64,000 nt of DNA, from IMG/VR virus record IMGVR_UViG_3300012324_000010; one strand, written 5' to 3'. The position numbers and the translations under genes are program-made. The notes under the pieces were generated by a model that worked only from the letters and a program-made list of their open reading frames with translations, made no database searches and was not told where the DNA came from. This stretch comes from a virus. Taxonomy: Duplodnaviria > Heunggongvirae > Uroviricota > Caudoviricetes. Below, one piece after another: positions 51,316 to 60,896 of this stretch; positions within the stretch are counted from its first letter, which is position 1; each line of letters begins with the position of its first letter.

Positions 51316-52266
51316 ATGCCTGATAAAGATATCATTCCAGTGGTAAACTCCACTACCTCCCCTCAGGTATGCTGCAAAATTGATGACAGCAACACATATA
51401 AACGTGCTATCTCAAGAAATGATCAATGGATAAATCCTAGCTCTACTGATTGGAATGTTATACCTACAAGCTTTTCTGATGCTAGATCTTTATACTCTTT
51501 CATCCAATCAGGAAAGAAGCCATCAGGGTTATTTCACTCAACTTCTTCTGTTGTATCTCTTGCTTTAGCATCTTCTATACTATCTGCATCTTTTATTTAT
51601 CTTGCTGCTTATGATACTTTCACTTCACTAGGAATAGCTTTAAAATCAGCTATGGCTTTAGTGTGTTTTCTTGCTTCCTTGATTGTTGTTGCAGTGCCTG
51701 TATCCTTGGTATCTCATCAGTGTTCCAAGAAACATGGAAAAGTTATCACTCAGCTTGATTTTAAGGATTTTTCTTCTCGTTATCCTTCATCTTTAGAAAT
51801 GATAGATCTTCATTCTATAAGGAAAGAATGCACCCCACAGTCTCCCAGTGCATCTTCCAGGATGTTTGACTGCATTGTGCAAGAATGTACTCAATGCTTA
51901 AAAGATGTAGGAAGGGCTATAGAGTGCATAGAAAAGCTTCCATCAGAAACTGTAGATACTCAAAAGCTGCAAGAATCCTATGATGATTATGTCTCCACAT
52001 TCTCTTTTGCTATTGCTAATAAGGATGCTATCTCACTTGATCTCTTAAGAAAATATAGGAATGATTTGAAAAAGATAGCACAAGAAATAACTCTGCAGTC
52101 AGAAGAGATTGTATCATTGTATTCTTCCTATAAAGAAGAAGTAGAAAAATCCAAGGAAGAATATAACTTAGAGATAGATAACATTAAAAGAGAAATGAGA
52201 CAAGGAGATCTCAATAGAGCTGATGATATGGCCACATCACTTATGCCATTGAGACAAGAAGATTGA
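51316..52266 (+). CDS. membrane protein, family H
   Basis: PTSFSDA, two TM segments, LQESYDDY. Confidence 0.85.
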   Translation: MPDKDIIPVVNSTTSPQVCCKIDDSNTYKRAISRNDQWINPSSTDWNVIPTSFSDARSLYSFIQSGKKPSGLFHSTSSVVSLALASSILSASFIYLAAYDTFTSLGIALKSAMALVCFLASLIVVAVPVSLVSHQCSKKHGKVITQLDFKDFSSRYPSSLEMIDLHSIRKECTPQSPSASSRMFDCIVQECTQCLKDVGRAIECIEKLPSETVDTQKLQESYDDYVSTFSFAIANKDAISLDLLRKYRNDLKKIAQEITLQSEEIVSLYSSYKEEVEKSKEEYNLEIDNIKREMRQGDLNRADDMATSLMPLRQED

Positions 52267-52427
52267 TCTAGAAAGAGGGAGATGAGATTTTCTCTCAATG
52301 GTGTCATTTGTGTCCCTTTTGATGTGCAGTATTGGTATATCTTGTACCTTCTTTTAAGATAGGAGAAGATACAAGACTTACATATCATCTTTCAAGGAGA
52401 CTGTAACTCATGAGAGTAGAAAGTTTA

Positions 52428-54011
52428 TTACACTATGATACATTTGATATTCATTTTAAAAATGTCATTTGTATCATAGATAACTTTCATGCTGCCTTTT
52501 ATGGTCATACATTTACAGTCGCTGCTGCAAAATGCATCTAACGCTACCCTAGAATCATTGTTGTTCTGCGCAGAGCATTGTGTTAATGGTTTCACCTCTT
52601 TTCTATTCTTCCTTTTTGGTGTTGGTTTATTTTTTGTTCTGTCTCTTCCTGGGAACTTTAATGTTTTTCCAGTACCATTTTTAGACCTTTTCTTAGGTGT
52701 ATTTTTAGCATTTTTCTTAGTATTTCTCGTTTTTATCATCTTAGAAAAAGTGCTATAAGGCTTATCATCTCTAGAAGTAGTAATCCTTTGAGCAATGTTA
52801 GCAGCTGCATTGATGTCTCTATCTAATGTGGTATTACAAAAGTTGCATACTACAATGTGATATCCTTTGAAGGTTATCTTTCTTCCACAACTGCAACACA
52901 CTTGGGAAGTGTTATAGCAACTGGTTTTGATAACTCTTCCACCATTGAGTTCTACTTGTTCAGTAGTCCTTTTAACCAGTTCTCCTCTATTCCACCTACC
53001 ATTTTCCATGGTGTTTTTGATCCAGGATAGATCTTCAAAAACTACAATAGCATTTTCCCAAGCATAAGAAATCTCAGCGATCTCTTGAGCAGCTAAGATT
53101 GCCAGTTCTCTTTTCCTTTTGGAATTTGAAGATCTATGTAGCATAGCTTCATCTTTTCTTCCCTTATTTTGCAGAGAAGATACTTGAACATTAGACTTTT
53201 TGACTTTATTAGCTAAGCTATGAACTCTTTGTGAAAGTGTAGTAGAATGAGCTATTCTTTTCTCTTTTGTGTCATAGACAACAACAGTTGCATAGTTTGC
53301 TATTCCTACATCTACTCCTACTACATACCTATTGCTGAAATGAGAGAAGTTGTATTTATACACAACAGGAAAGGAAAACCTCACTTTACCATTTTTATCC
53401 ACATAGATAGATGGTTTTGCTATGTCATCAGCATTATGAAACCTTTTATCATAATCAAAGTAGAACTTGTACCACTTTCCCTGCACAACCAAATTCAAGA
53501 CAATAGTGTCATCAACTATATCCATTGTGCAGTATGCTTTATCTACATCTCCTAGGTTTATCTTTGGTGAAAGATTGCGTGGTTTATAAGATTGCGCAGT
53601 TCTAGACCAACCCTGAGAGACATATTTGCTTGATGTCCCTTCTACTGCTTTACATCTTTCAATCCATGATTTGCATTCTGATACAACTCTAGCTCCAAAA
53701 AGCTTATTGACCCTAGATCGTCCAGATCTCCCAGGATAATAAAACTCTTTTGGATAAACAATGTCTAGTCTTCTAGCTATTTCTGCATTGTTGAGATTGG
53801 ATAGGTTATCTTTCTTTCTATTTTCTATGAACTCATCTACCAAGTTTTTATTTTCTACTGTGATATTCATTTCTGCTATATCTGTAATAAGCATTATTTC
53901 ACTTTTAAGATCACTTAATACTTTATTTACATCAACAACTTGTCCATTTTTATCAGAAGCAGCAAAAGGTGAGGTGATAATAGATCTGAATAACTCATTA
54001 CTATTTCTCAT
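52428..54011 (-). CDS. tnpB: TnpB RNA-guided endonuclease (IS607-associated)
   Basis: VGVDVG, FEDLSW, TSQVCCSCG...CNFC...DRDINAA; basic tail with PTPKRK. Confidence 0.88.
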   Translation of the reverse strand: MRNSNELFRSIITSPFAASDKNGQVVDVNKVLSDLKSEIMLITDIAEMNITVENKNLVDEFIENRKKDNLSNLNNAEIARRLDIVYPKEFYYPGRSGRSRVNKLFGARVVSECKSWIERCKAVEGTSSKYVSQGWSRTAQSYKPRNLSPKINLGDVDKAYCTMDIVDDTIVLNLVVQGKWYKFYFDYDKRFHNADDIAKPSIYVDKNGKVRFSFPVVYKYNFSHFSNRYVVGVDVGIANYATVVVYDTKEKRIAHSTTLSQRVHSLANKVKKSNVQVSSLQNKGRKDEAMLHRSSNSKRKRELAILAAQEIAEISYAWENAIVVFEDLSWIKNTMENGRWNRGELVKRTTEQVELNGGRVIKTSCYNTSQVCCSCGRKITFKGYHIVVCNFCNTTLDRDINAAANIAQRITTSRDDKPYSTFSKMIKTRNTKKNAKNTPKKRSKNGTGKTLKFPGRDRTKNKPTPKRKNRKEVKPLTQCSAQNNNDSRVALDAFCSSDCKCMTIKGSMKVIYDTNDIFKMNIKCIIV

Positions 54012-54683
54012 GCTTTTTCACCTCTTGTAATGCATCATTAAGAAACCTTTTTATTTGCTTCCATCCTCTTAGACCATAAAACTTTCCAGAGAAAGAAGCT
54101 GAAAGACTCATAAAATCCTGCATAAGAACATCATGAGGTTCTTTAGTGTCATCAGAACCCAAAACTACAATCTTGCAGTTGCATTTTTCAAATAACTTTT
54201 CAAGATACACAAAACCAAATATAGCCAACCTATCTTTGTTAGTGATATAAAGTATTTTAGGTTTGTCATTCTTTTCTATCAATGATATAAGCTTATTTAG
54301 ACCTTTTCTATTTTCATTGAGACCTGAAGCATTGTCTGTGAAAGAAAAATCAGGTTTCCCATATTTTCTTTCCATCTTTTTCAGCTGTGTGTCAATAGAA
54401 ACATCATTTTTATTACTAGATCGTGCATAAAAGATTTTGACTTCTGGTTCTTGTTCAATTCCTAATCTTTCATTCTTAAATTGGACAAGATAGTCATAAT
54501 CAAAAACCTTTTGACCAGCAGCAGAAAGGGAATAGCTTAACTTGCCATCAGCACACCAATTGCGCACAGTTCCAGGTGAAATTTGTAAAATCTCAGCTGC
54601 ATCTTTTACTCTAATTGGCATAGTATATCTCCTTTTAGTATTTAGTTATATTATTGTAGCATAATGTAAGTATTTATGCAACT
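52482..54683 (-). mobile_element. IS607-family element 2 (ends tentative)
   Basis: tnpA-tnpB overlap; left end ...AGTTGCA resembles element 1; AACT shared at 52482-85 and 54680-83; excision gives a 46-codon plus-strand ORF from the RBS/ATG at 52410. Confidence 0.7.
54001..54621 (-). CDS. tnpA: IS607-family serine recombinase/transposase
   Basis: HTH; YARSS; DRLAIFG (usually DRLARFG); SFSGKFYG. Confidence 0.9.
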   Translation of the reverse strand: MPIRVKDAAEILQISPGTVRNWCADGKLSYSLSAAGQKVFDYDYLVQFKNERLGIEQEPEVKIFYARSSNKNDVSIDTQLKKMERKYGKPDFSFTDNASGLNENRKGLNKLISLIEKNDKPKILYITNKDRLAIFGFVYLEKLFEKCNCKIVVLGSDDTKEPHDVLMQDFMSLSASFSGKFYGLRGWKQIKRFLNDALQEVKKHEK

Positions 54684-54851
54684 CTTGGAAAGACTTATAT
54701 ACCATTTTTAAGGAGAATATAATACAACACATGAAAGTTCAGGCATAGGAGAAGTTTTATCTTTTTGGAAGAAGAACATAATGTGTGTTAAATCACAAGA
54801 AATATGCGTGTCTTTCCTTGACAAAAAATCACCTACCCTATATAGTAGAAG

Positions 54852-55017
54852 ATGTACTTGAGAGAGAAAAAGCTACCGTAATCTCTCTCAAGGACAATAT
54901 CGTTTTTGCTAAAAACCTACATTTTCACAACTGCGACTGTTATTGCTATAGTGGAAACGATGACATTTCCAGTAAAAAACACCTCTTATGGGAAACTTGC
55001 CACAAGGGGTGTTTTTT
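54852..55017 (+). ncRNA. candidate small RNA, copy 1
   Basis: TTGACA-17-TATAGT; two hairpins plus terminator; stems conserved in the copy at 56181. Confidence 0.6.
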
Positions 55018-55118
55018 ATATCTTTTTCTAAAATGCATTGAACCTTATTGCAGGAAATGGTACTCTGGAAGGAAAAAGATACTATCATTTTTCAATTCCA
55101 AAAGGAGTATATCTCACA

Positions 55119-56087
55119 ATGCAACAAGATATCATTGAGTTTCCCAACTCATCTAATAGCCCTGATTTTATCTATAAGATAGACAGTTTGAAGAAGTTTC
55201 AAGATAATATCTTGAAGCCATATTTGAAAAGAGAAAACCCAGAATATCAATGGACAGATAGCACTTGTGATATCACGCCTACAAAAGCTTCTTATATCAA
55301 AAAAATGTCTCCTTTACTAAAGAAGAAAGAAGATGTATCTGCTACAGACAGTATTGTATTCAATATAGTGAAGATGACCAATATTCTCTTATTCTTCCTA
55401 CTTCCAGCACTAGCAGTGTATCTTTTCTATTTTGGTTCTCCAGATGCAATCATGATATGGGAAGAGGGAGGAATCATAGGAAAAACTATTCATACTTTAT
55501 TTATCATTTTTTCATATTTTATTCTTTTATGTTTTGTTTCTCCTATTGCGCTGTTTGTGGGAAAAGTAGCACATGAGTTTCTTGATAAATCCAAAGATCT
55601 AGCTCAATATAAAAGAGATAAAGACTTCTATAACAAAATAGAAGTAGTAGATATTGCTAAACTACAAGATATTGGAGAGACAGTAGGAAACACCCCATTT
55701 TACCATGAAATGTTAAACTGCAAGAACTGCTGTGCTCAAGTAATAAACATCTTGGAAGATATTTTCCTTCTTCCCTATGGAGATTCTGTAGATACCTCAC
55801 AACTAGAAAAAGCATATGATGACTACATTGATCTCATTCTCTTTACTGCTGCTAGTAGAAACGTGATGTCAGAGCATCTTCTCAATGACTATCTAGAAGC
55901 TATATACCAAAAGATGAGAACAGTTCTTTTTGAAGTGAAAAAGCTTAGAGAAGTAGATGGTGATTACAAAAAGCTCATTCATAAAGCCCATAGGGAAACA
56001 GAAGAGATTGATCAAGCTATCAAGCAAGATGATCAAGACAGGATGGATGATCTTGTTGCTTCTATGAGAGATCCCTTTGATTGTTGA
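55119..56087 (+). CDS. membrane protein, family H
   Basis: AAGGAG RBS; two TM segments; VDTSQLEKAYDDY. Confidence 0.85.
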   Translation: MQQDIIEFPNSSNSPDFIYKIDSLKKFQDNILKPYLKRENPEYQWTDSTCDITPTKASYIKKMSPLLKKKEDVSATDSIVFNIVKMTNILLFFLLPALAVYLFYFGSPDAIMIWEEGGIIGKTIHTLFIIFSYFILLCFVSPIALFVGKVAHEFLDKSKDLAQYKRDKDFYNKIEVVDIAKLQDIGETVGNTPFYHEMLNCKNCCAQVINILEDIFLLPYGDSVDTSQLEKAYDDYIDLILFTAASRNVMSEHLLNDYLEAIYQKMRTVLFEVKKLREVDGDYKKLIHKAHRETEEIDQAIKQDDQDRMDDLVASMRDPFDC

Positions 56088-56180
56088 TTGGAAATACAAT
56101 CACCAATAATGTGTGTTAAATCACAGTAAAATAGGTGTGTATTTCTTTGACAAGAAAGCATTATACCTATATAGTAGAAG

Positions 56181-56357
56181 ATGTACTTGAGAGAGAAAAT
56201 ATGTGACCATGACGTTTCTCTCAAGGACAACATCATTTCTGCTGGTAAGGCTGCCAAAAATAACCATCAGCAGAAATGAAGTACCTCCTGACGAAAAGAA
56301 AAACACCTCTTATTTGCTACTACAACTGCTACAACCGCAATAAGAGGTGTTTTTCTT
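56181..56357 (+). ncRNA. candidate small RNA, copy 2
   Basis: Same promoter and stem architecture as 54852-55017. Confidence 0.6.
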
Positions 56358-56476
56358 ATATCTTTTTCTCCCTCACATTTGTGTCCCTTTCAAGGGTTTT
56401 CCTTAATGGAAAAACCCTCCCACACTAGGACATATCACCTAGTGCAGGAGGATTCCACCCCTCTCCTATATCTTCC

Positions 56477-57100
56477 TTATACTGCTACTCGCACATTCTT
56501 GTCAATGACATATCCATTAACATTCCATGCTGGATATTCTCCAGTGTAAGGGCTGTTATCAGGATACATTGCTGGAACATTTTCACCCTCTTCAGGGTTT
56601 CCCAAGCATTCCACAGTGTGCTCTTCCCAGCCCCTGATTCCACGCTTGAACACAGTCATACCTACCTCAACATCTTCAACAGGAATAATCTTGCTGCCCA
56701 AGAACTTCTTACCTAGCTGAACATTCTCAGGTTGAGCATTGTCAATAGCTTCTAGCATCTCATCAAAATCATGGTCATCCTGCTCTACTGCAGGTGCATC
56801 AATGCGCTGAATGATATCCCAGTTCTCATCTACTACATAGATACCATTATCACCTGGGGAACAAGCTTCTAAGTTGCGCGGATCTAGGGAAGCAATATGC
56901 ACAGATCCTAGCTTGAAGAAGTTATTAGCAATGGTGATAAGGGTAGATAGCCCTCCATCATATGCTTTCTCACCTAGTCCTTGTGGGGTGTGGAAGGAAG
57001 CATACTTTAGGAAAGGTGCTACAGAATCCATCCCTCCATTCCAGTGAAGTTCAATTCCTACAGTAGAGTTCTTGCTGGTGATAAGAGCACGGTTTCCCAT
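56477..57100 (-). CDS. hypothetical phage protein (MGNRAxI...LHWNGG type)
   Basis: AAGGAG RBS; promoter module. Confidence 0.85.
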   Translation of the reverse strand: MGNRALITSKNSTVGIELHWNGGMDSVAPFLKYASFHTPQGLGEKAYDGGLSTLITIANNFFKLGSVHIASLDPRNLEACSPGDNGIYVVDENWDIIQRIDAPAVEQDDHDFDEMLEAIDNAQPENVQLGKKFLGSKIIPVEDVEVGMTVFKRGIRGWEEHTVECLGNPEEGENVPAMYPDNSPYTGEYPAWNVNGYVIDKNVRVAV

Positions 57101-57321
57101 GATTGTTCTCCTTGTGATGTGGTGTTTTCCTCTTGAACACTTATTACTTTATAGGGTGGTTGATGGGTGGTCAAGTGGAGGGGGTGCAAGATACCCCTAT
57201 GTGGGTGTAGATGATACAGAAATCATGTCATATACTTGTGTCCCTTTGCAGGGATAAAAGAATAACCTTTCTAGGAATCTTTTATTAAAATCCCCAGAAA
57301 GGTTAATCCAATATGAAGCTA

Positions 57322-57699
57322 TTAAATCTGCTCAGTGAGAACCTTAGCAAAAAGACGCTTGGCATTAGCTGCAGCTTGCAAAACTACAGACAACTCTTCT
57401 AGTTCTTCAGCAGTATCAGCCAGGTTGGAGGGAATAGAAACCTCTACACCAGAGTAATCACTTTCCCCATCCAGGTTATCTACTGGGTAGAGATCAACAC
57501 CAAACGTGCTGTCATTCTGGATGCCTACAAACTTATTATCCTTAGTGAAGTTATCCTTATCCTGAGAGAAGTAGCGAACTACCAGCTGGTATGGCTCAAC
57601 ATCCCAGGTAGGCTCCTTGATGTACTTTTCAACTTCACCGTTGTTATTGTACTTAGCAAAAACTCGCTCTTCTGGTTGAATGATGTTCTGAGAAGTCAT
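57322..57699 (-). CDS. hypothetical protein
   Basis: AAGGAG RBS; promoter module. Confidence 0.85.
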   Translation of the reverse strand: MTSQNIIQPEERVFAKYNNNGEVEKYIKEPTWDVEPYQLVVRYFSQDKDNFTKDNKFVGIQNDSTFGVDLYPVDNLDGESDYSGVEVSIPSNLADTAEELEELSVVLQAAANAKRLFAKVLTEQI

Positions 57700-58003
57700 G
57701 ATATGTGGTCTCCTTGTGATGTGGTGTTTTCCTCTTGAACAACTTCTACTTTAGGTAATGGTTGCTAGGTGGTCAAGTTGTCTGAAGGTGAAACACCCCT
57801 GAATGGGTGTAAATGAGAAAAACACACATAAACACATATGATCACAATATATCCCACAGAAAAAACCACACAATCCCACAATAAGAGATTATGTGTGTCC
57901 CTTTTTGTATATGCAATATTGAATATTAAATAGAAAAAACTCACTCTCTCTTAGCTATTTTGCGCTTAGAGAGGAGTGAGTTTAGCTAATAATCACTTTT
58001 AAA

Positions 58004-58101
58004 TGCAGGAGAAGAGATTTGAACTCTTGAGACTATGATTTATCATAGTCATGATTGGAGGTTTTCCAACCACTGCTTAGACCTGGCTTGCATACACCTG
58101 C
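58004..58101 (-). ncRNA. tRNA-like RNA 1 with extended anticodon stem and long variable arm
   Basis: Acceptor GCAGGTG/CTCCTGC-A; D arm; T arm AAGAG-TTCAAAT-CTCTT; anticodon arm TGGTTGGA-AAACC-TCCAATCA. Confidence 0.75.
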
Positions 58102-58143
58102 GTGGAAAACATTTTCATCATTGAGCATAATATGTGCTATATA

Positions 58144-58242
58144 TGCAGGCGAAGAGATTTGAACTCTTGACACTATGCGCTAACATAGTCATGATTGGGG
58201 TGCTCCCCAACCACTGCTTAGACCTGTCTTGCATACGCCTGA
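58144..58242 (-). ncRNA. tRNA-like RNA 2 with extended anticodon stem and long variable arm
   Basis: Acceptor TCAGGCG/CGCCTGC-A; anticodon arm TGGTTGGGG-AGCA-CCCCAATCA; promoter TTGACA-18-TATAAT at ~58308-58279. Confidence 0.75.
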
Positions 58243-58357
58243 ACAAATATTTTCCACTATTTGATTATTACAGTTATTATTATAATGCTACTGACAACAA
58301 CTTGTCAAGCAATATCATAATATTTTTTACAGGAAATAATATTCATTATCTCCTAAG

Positions 58358-58441
58358 TACTCCCTGTGGGGATCGAACCCACATACTATAATAAGTACCG
58401 GATTTTAAGTCCAGCGCGTCTACCAATTCCGCCAAGGGAGC
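58358..58441 (-). tRNA. tRNA-Leu (UAA)
   Basis: GCTCCCT/AGGGAGT acceptor; anticodon loop CTTAAAA; long variable arm; GGTTCGATCCC. Confidence 0.92.
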
Positions 58442-58831
58442 ATTAAAAAAGCAACAATGATAATACAATACTCATATTCTAAAAACAGTGAAAGAAATCA
58501 AACTGTTTTTAAAACACAACCATATTACATTATCATTGTTGCTTACAAATATTAATCATAACACCACTTAGCAAGTAGTGTCAAGTTTAATATTTTCTAG
58601 AAAAACTAAGTTTTAACTTGTCTTCTAACCTTGTTGATTACACTACCTATTATAACCATCAATGATTCCACCTGTCAAGTTGAATGGGATATTTTCTTTC
58701 ATGTGAACTTCTCACTTCTTAGCTTCTTGATATATAAGTAGGAGTGGTACAAGAATAACCATTATCTAATAGCAAAACTCTCCTTGCACAATACATTTCA
58801 TGCAAGGAGAGTTTTATGCTCTTTGTATCAG

Positions 58832-58954
58832 CTACACATTGGCATAAGAATAGCCCTGGCTGTCAACTCCTAGAGAAGAAAGAGAAAAAGTGGAAGGATA
58901 TTCAGCAATGCCAGAAATGATACCGGAAATAATGTCAAAGAAAGAAATGAGCAC
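58832..58954 (-). CDS. 40-aa hydrophobic/amphipathic peptide (not in the ORF track)
   Basis: GGGAG RBS, GTG start, promoter with TATAAT at ~59031-36, terminator at ~58775-58815. Confidence 0.6.
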   Translation of the reverse strand: MLISFFDIISGIISGIAEYPSTFSLSSLGVDSQGYSYANV

Positions 58955-59187
58955 AGTAATCTCCCTGTAGTAGTAAGTGGTGTGGTTTTCATCCACAACA
59001 GTGATGTTTTCCTGCTGTGGTATGCCTTTTATTATAGTGGTAAAAACATACCTTGTCCAGCTGTTATGAGATTATATTCAGTGATGTATAACACCTATAT
59101 TCATGTCCCTTTGCGTCATAAAAACACCCCTTCAACTGTCCATTTTCTAGACAATCAAAGAGGTGTTATCTTGGATGACATCTATCT

Positions 59188-59499
59188 TTAAAAGATCTTT
59201 TCTTCTGCATAAGAGTTCTGCTTTACTACATCAAAATAGCAAGGATAATCCAATACTACTTCACTAGGATCTTCATATTCTATGCCAGTCCACGTGCGCT
59301 GCCTTGAGGTAATAGAAGCATCTCCATTAGCATATTTCCTCACAGATAAAAAGAATGCTGCAAAATCATCTTCTGCATCATCATTGACTTCCACTGTAAG
59401 TTGTACTTGTTCACAGCAACCCTCGCTATTAGAAATAAGAACATCAAACTCATAAGGCGAGTGTTGTGTTAAGTCTTTAGCGTGATAGATAGTATCCAT
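59188..59499 (-). CDS. acidic protein, family C
   Basis: AEDDFAAFF...RTWTGIEY...YPCYFD. Confidence 0.8.
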   Translation of the reverse strand: MDTIYHAKDLTQHSPYEFDVLISNSEGCCEQVQLTVEVNDDAEDDFAAFFLSVRKYANGDASITSRQRTWTGIEYEDPSEVVLDYPCYFDVVKQNSYAEEKIF

Positions 59500-59739
59500 T
59501 GATATTTTTTCTCCTTGGGAAACATGTGTGATGGTGTCTTTGTTGTTGATTTAATGCTACCAGTAAGGATGTATCTTGTCCATTTAACTCTAGCTTGTAG
59601 TGGAGATAAGCTAGCCTTGCACATACAAAAACACCCCTTACCTTTTTTCAAGATAAGAGGTGTTTGTGGTTTCTATCTATAGTATAGATATAACCTAGTT
59701 CAGGTTAGTGGAGAAATAGTTCTCCACTATTCTTGAGCT

Positions 59740-59913
59740 TTAATCCCATGATACAGAAATCTTTGCACTGTTGAGAAGCTCTACCATCTTGTTGTAGTCA
59801 TTGTCATCAAGATTGAGTTCTTCATTTTCTACATCTAGTCCATATTCCCAGTTTCCCTGTGCAGATCCAACCAGAATTTCCTGTGCAATCTTCTTAAGTT
59901 CATTGTCGTTCAT
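59740..59913 (-). CDS. 57-aa hypothetical protein (not in the ORF track)
   Basis: AAGGAG RBS and promoter module; MNDNELKKIAQEILVGSAQGNWEYG...ISVSWD. Confidence 0.8.
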   Translation of the reverse strand: MNDNELKKIAQEILVGSAQGNWEYGLDVENEELNLDDNDYNKMVELLNSAKISVSWD

Positions 59914-60035
59914 GATTTTTTCTCCTTATATGTGGTGTGTTTTCCTTTGAACACTTATCACTATACAAGGCAATCAACAGATGATCAAGAAGAAATATTT
60001 CCCCACCCCATTTCAAGGGTGGGTGATTCAGTGGT

Positions 60036-60142
60036 AAAAAAAATAACATGTGCTCCGAGCGTATAGTTAAAAAAACTAAACCTTCACCTTTCTAGCTGAA
60101 GCTATATACTTCAACTAAAAAAGTTCTATCTCGAAGCTAACT
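60036..60142 (-). ncRNA. candidate structured small RNA
   Basis: TTGCAA-17-TATGAT promoter; closing helix GCTTCGAG/CTCGGAGC enclosing hairpins; T8 tract; no ORF. Confidence 0.5.
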
Positions 60143-60305
60143 TTAACAATCATACCATGTATTTCTTATTTTTGCAAAACACTTAAAAGCATGTCTTTGC
60201 ACATCATGTCCCTTTCTACCAATCAAGAAACACTAACACCTGCATATACGCAAAAACACCCCTTACCTTTTTCAAGATAAGGGGTGTTTTTTATAGGAAG
60301 TTGTT

Positions 60306-60617
60306 TTACAGCACAGCTACAACCCAATCTAGATTATCAAGAACTACTTCTTCATCAGTATCTTCCACCCAAGCAATCTCAAAGAAATCTAGGTTGTCAT
60401 CTAGAGCTTCAACCTCATCTTCGTACTCAACACCATTCCAGGTGCGATCTTCTGCAGTGTTATCTTCATCATCTTCATCAAAGGATGCTACAGCGTGGAA
60501 AAAGTCAGAAAATCCAGCAGGTGCATGAAGAGCAATGTTTACTCCTACCTTTGCTTCAAAGGTCTTTTCTCCTTCAACATCCTCAAAAACCCCGGTGAAG
60601 ACTAGTGCGTTAGACAT
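60306..60617 (-). CDS. acidic protein, family C
   Basis: APAGFSDFF...RTWNGVEY...FFEIAW. Confidence 0.85.
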   Translation of the reverse strand: MSNALVFTGVFEDVEGEKTFEAKVGVNIALHAPAGFSDFFHAVASFDEDDEDNTAEDRTWNGVEYEDEVEALDDNLDFFEIAWVEDTDEEVVLDNLDWVVAVL

Positions 60618-60896
60618 TGTATGTTTCTCCTTGTAAGTGGTGTGTTTTCCTCTTGAACAACTTCTACATTAGTGGATGGTTAGATGGTGGTCAAGTTGTA
60701 GAGGGGTGGAATACCCCTGAATGGGTGTAGGTTAAGATCTTTGTTTGTATCATCCAAGGTGATACAAGTGAAGTTATCAGCTAATGATTTCCCCGTCATA
60801 TTCATGTCCCTTTTTGATAGAAATAAATCAATAATCCCTGCACAAGGTGCGTGAGGAGTTGTACAAGTTAAGGTGTGTGCTATGAGGAAATCAATG

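Noticed and set aside
54785..55138. ORF 54785-55138 (+) and ORFs 56033-56306 (-)
   Set aside because: They span promoter, hairpin and terminator sequence and are not conserved between the two repeat copies.
58134..58391. 85-aa plus-strand ORF
   Set aside because: Antisense to the tRNA-like genes; no RBS.
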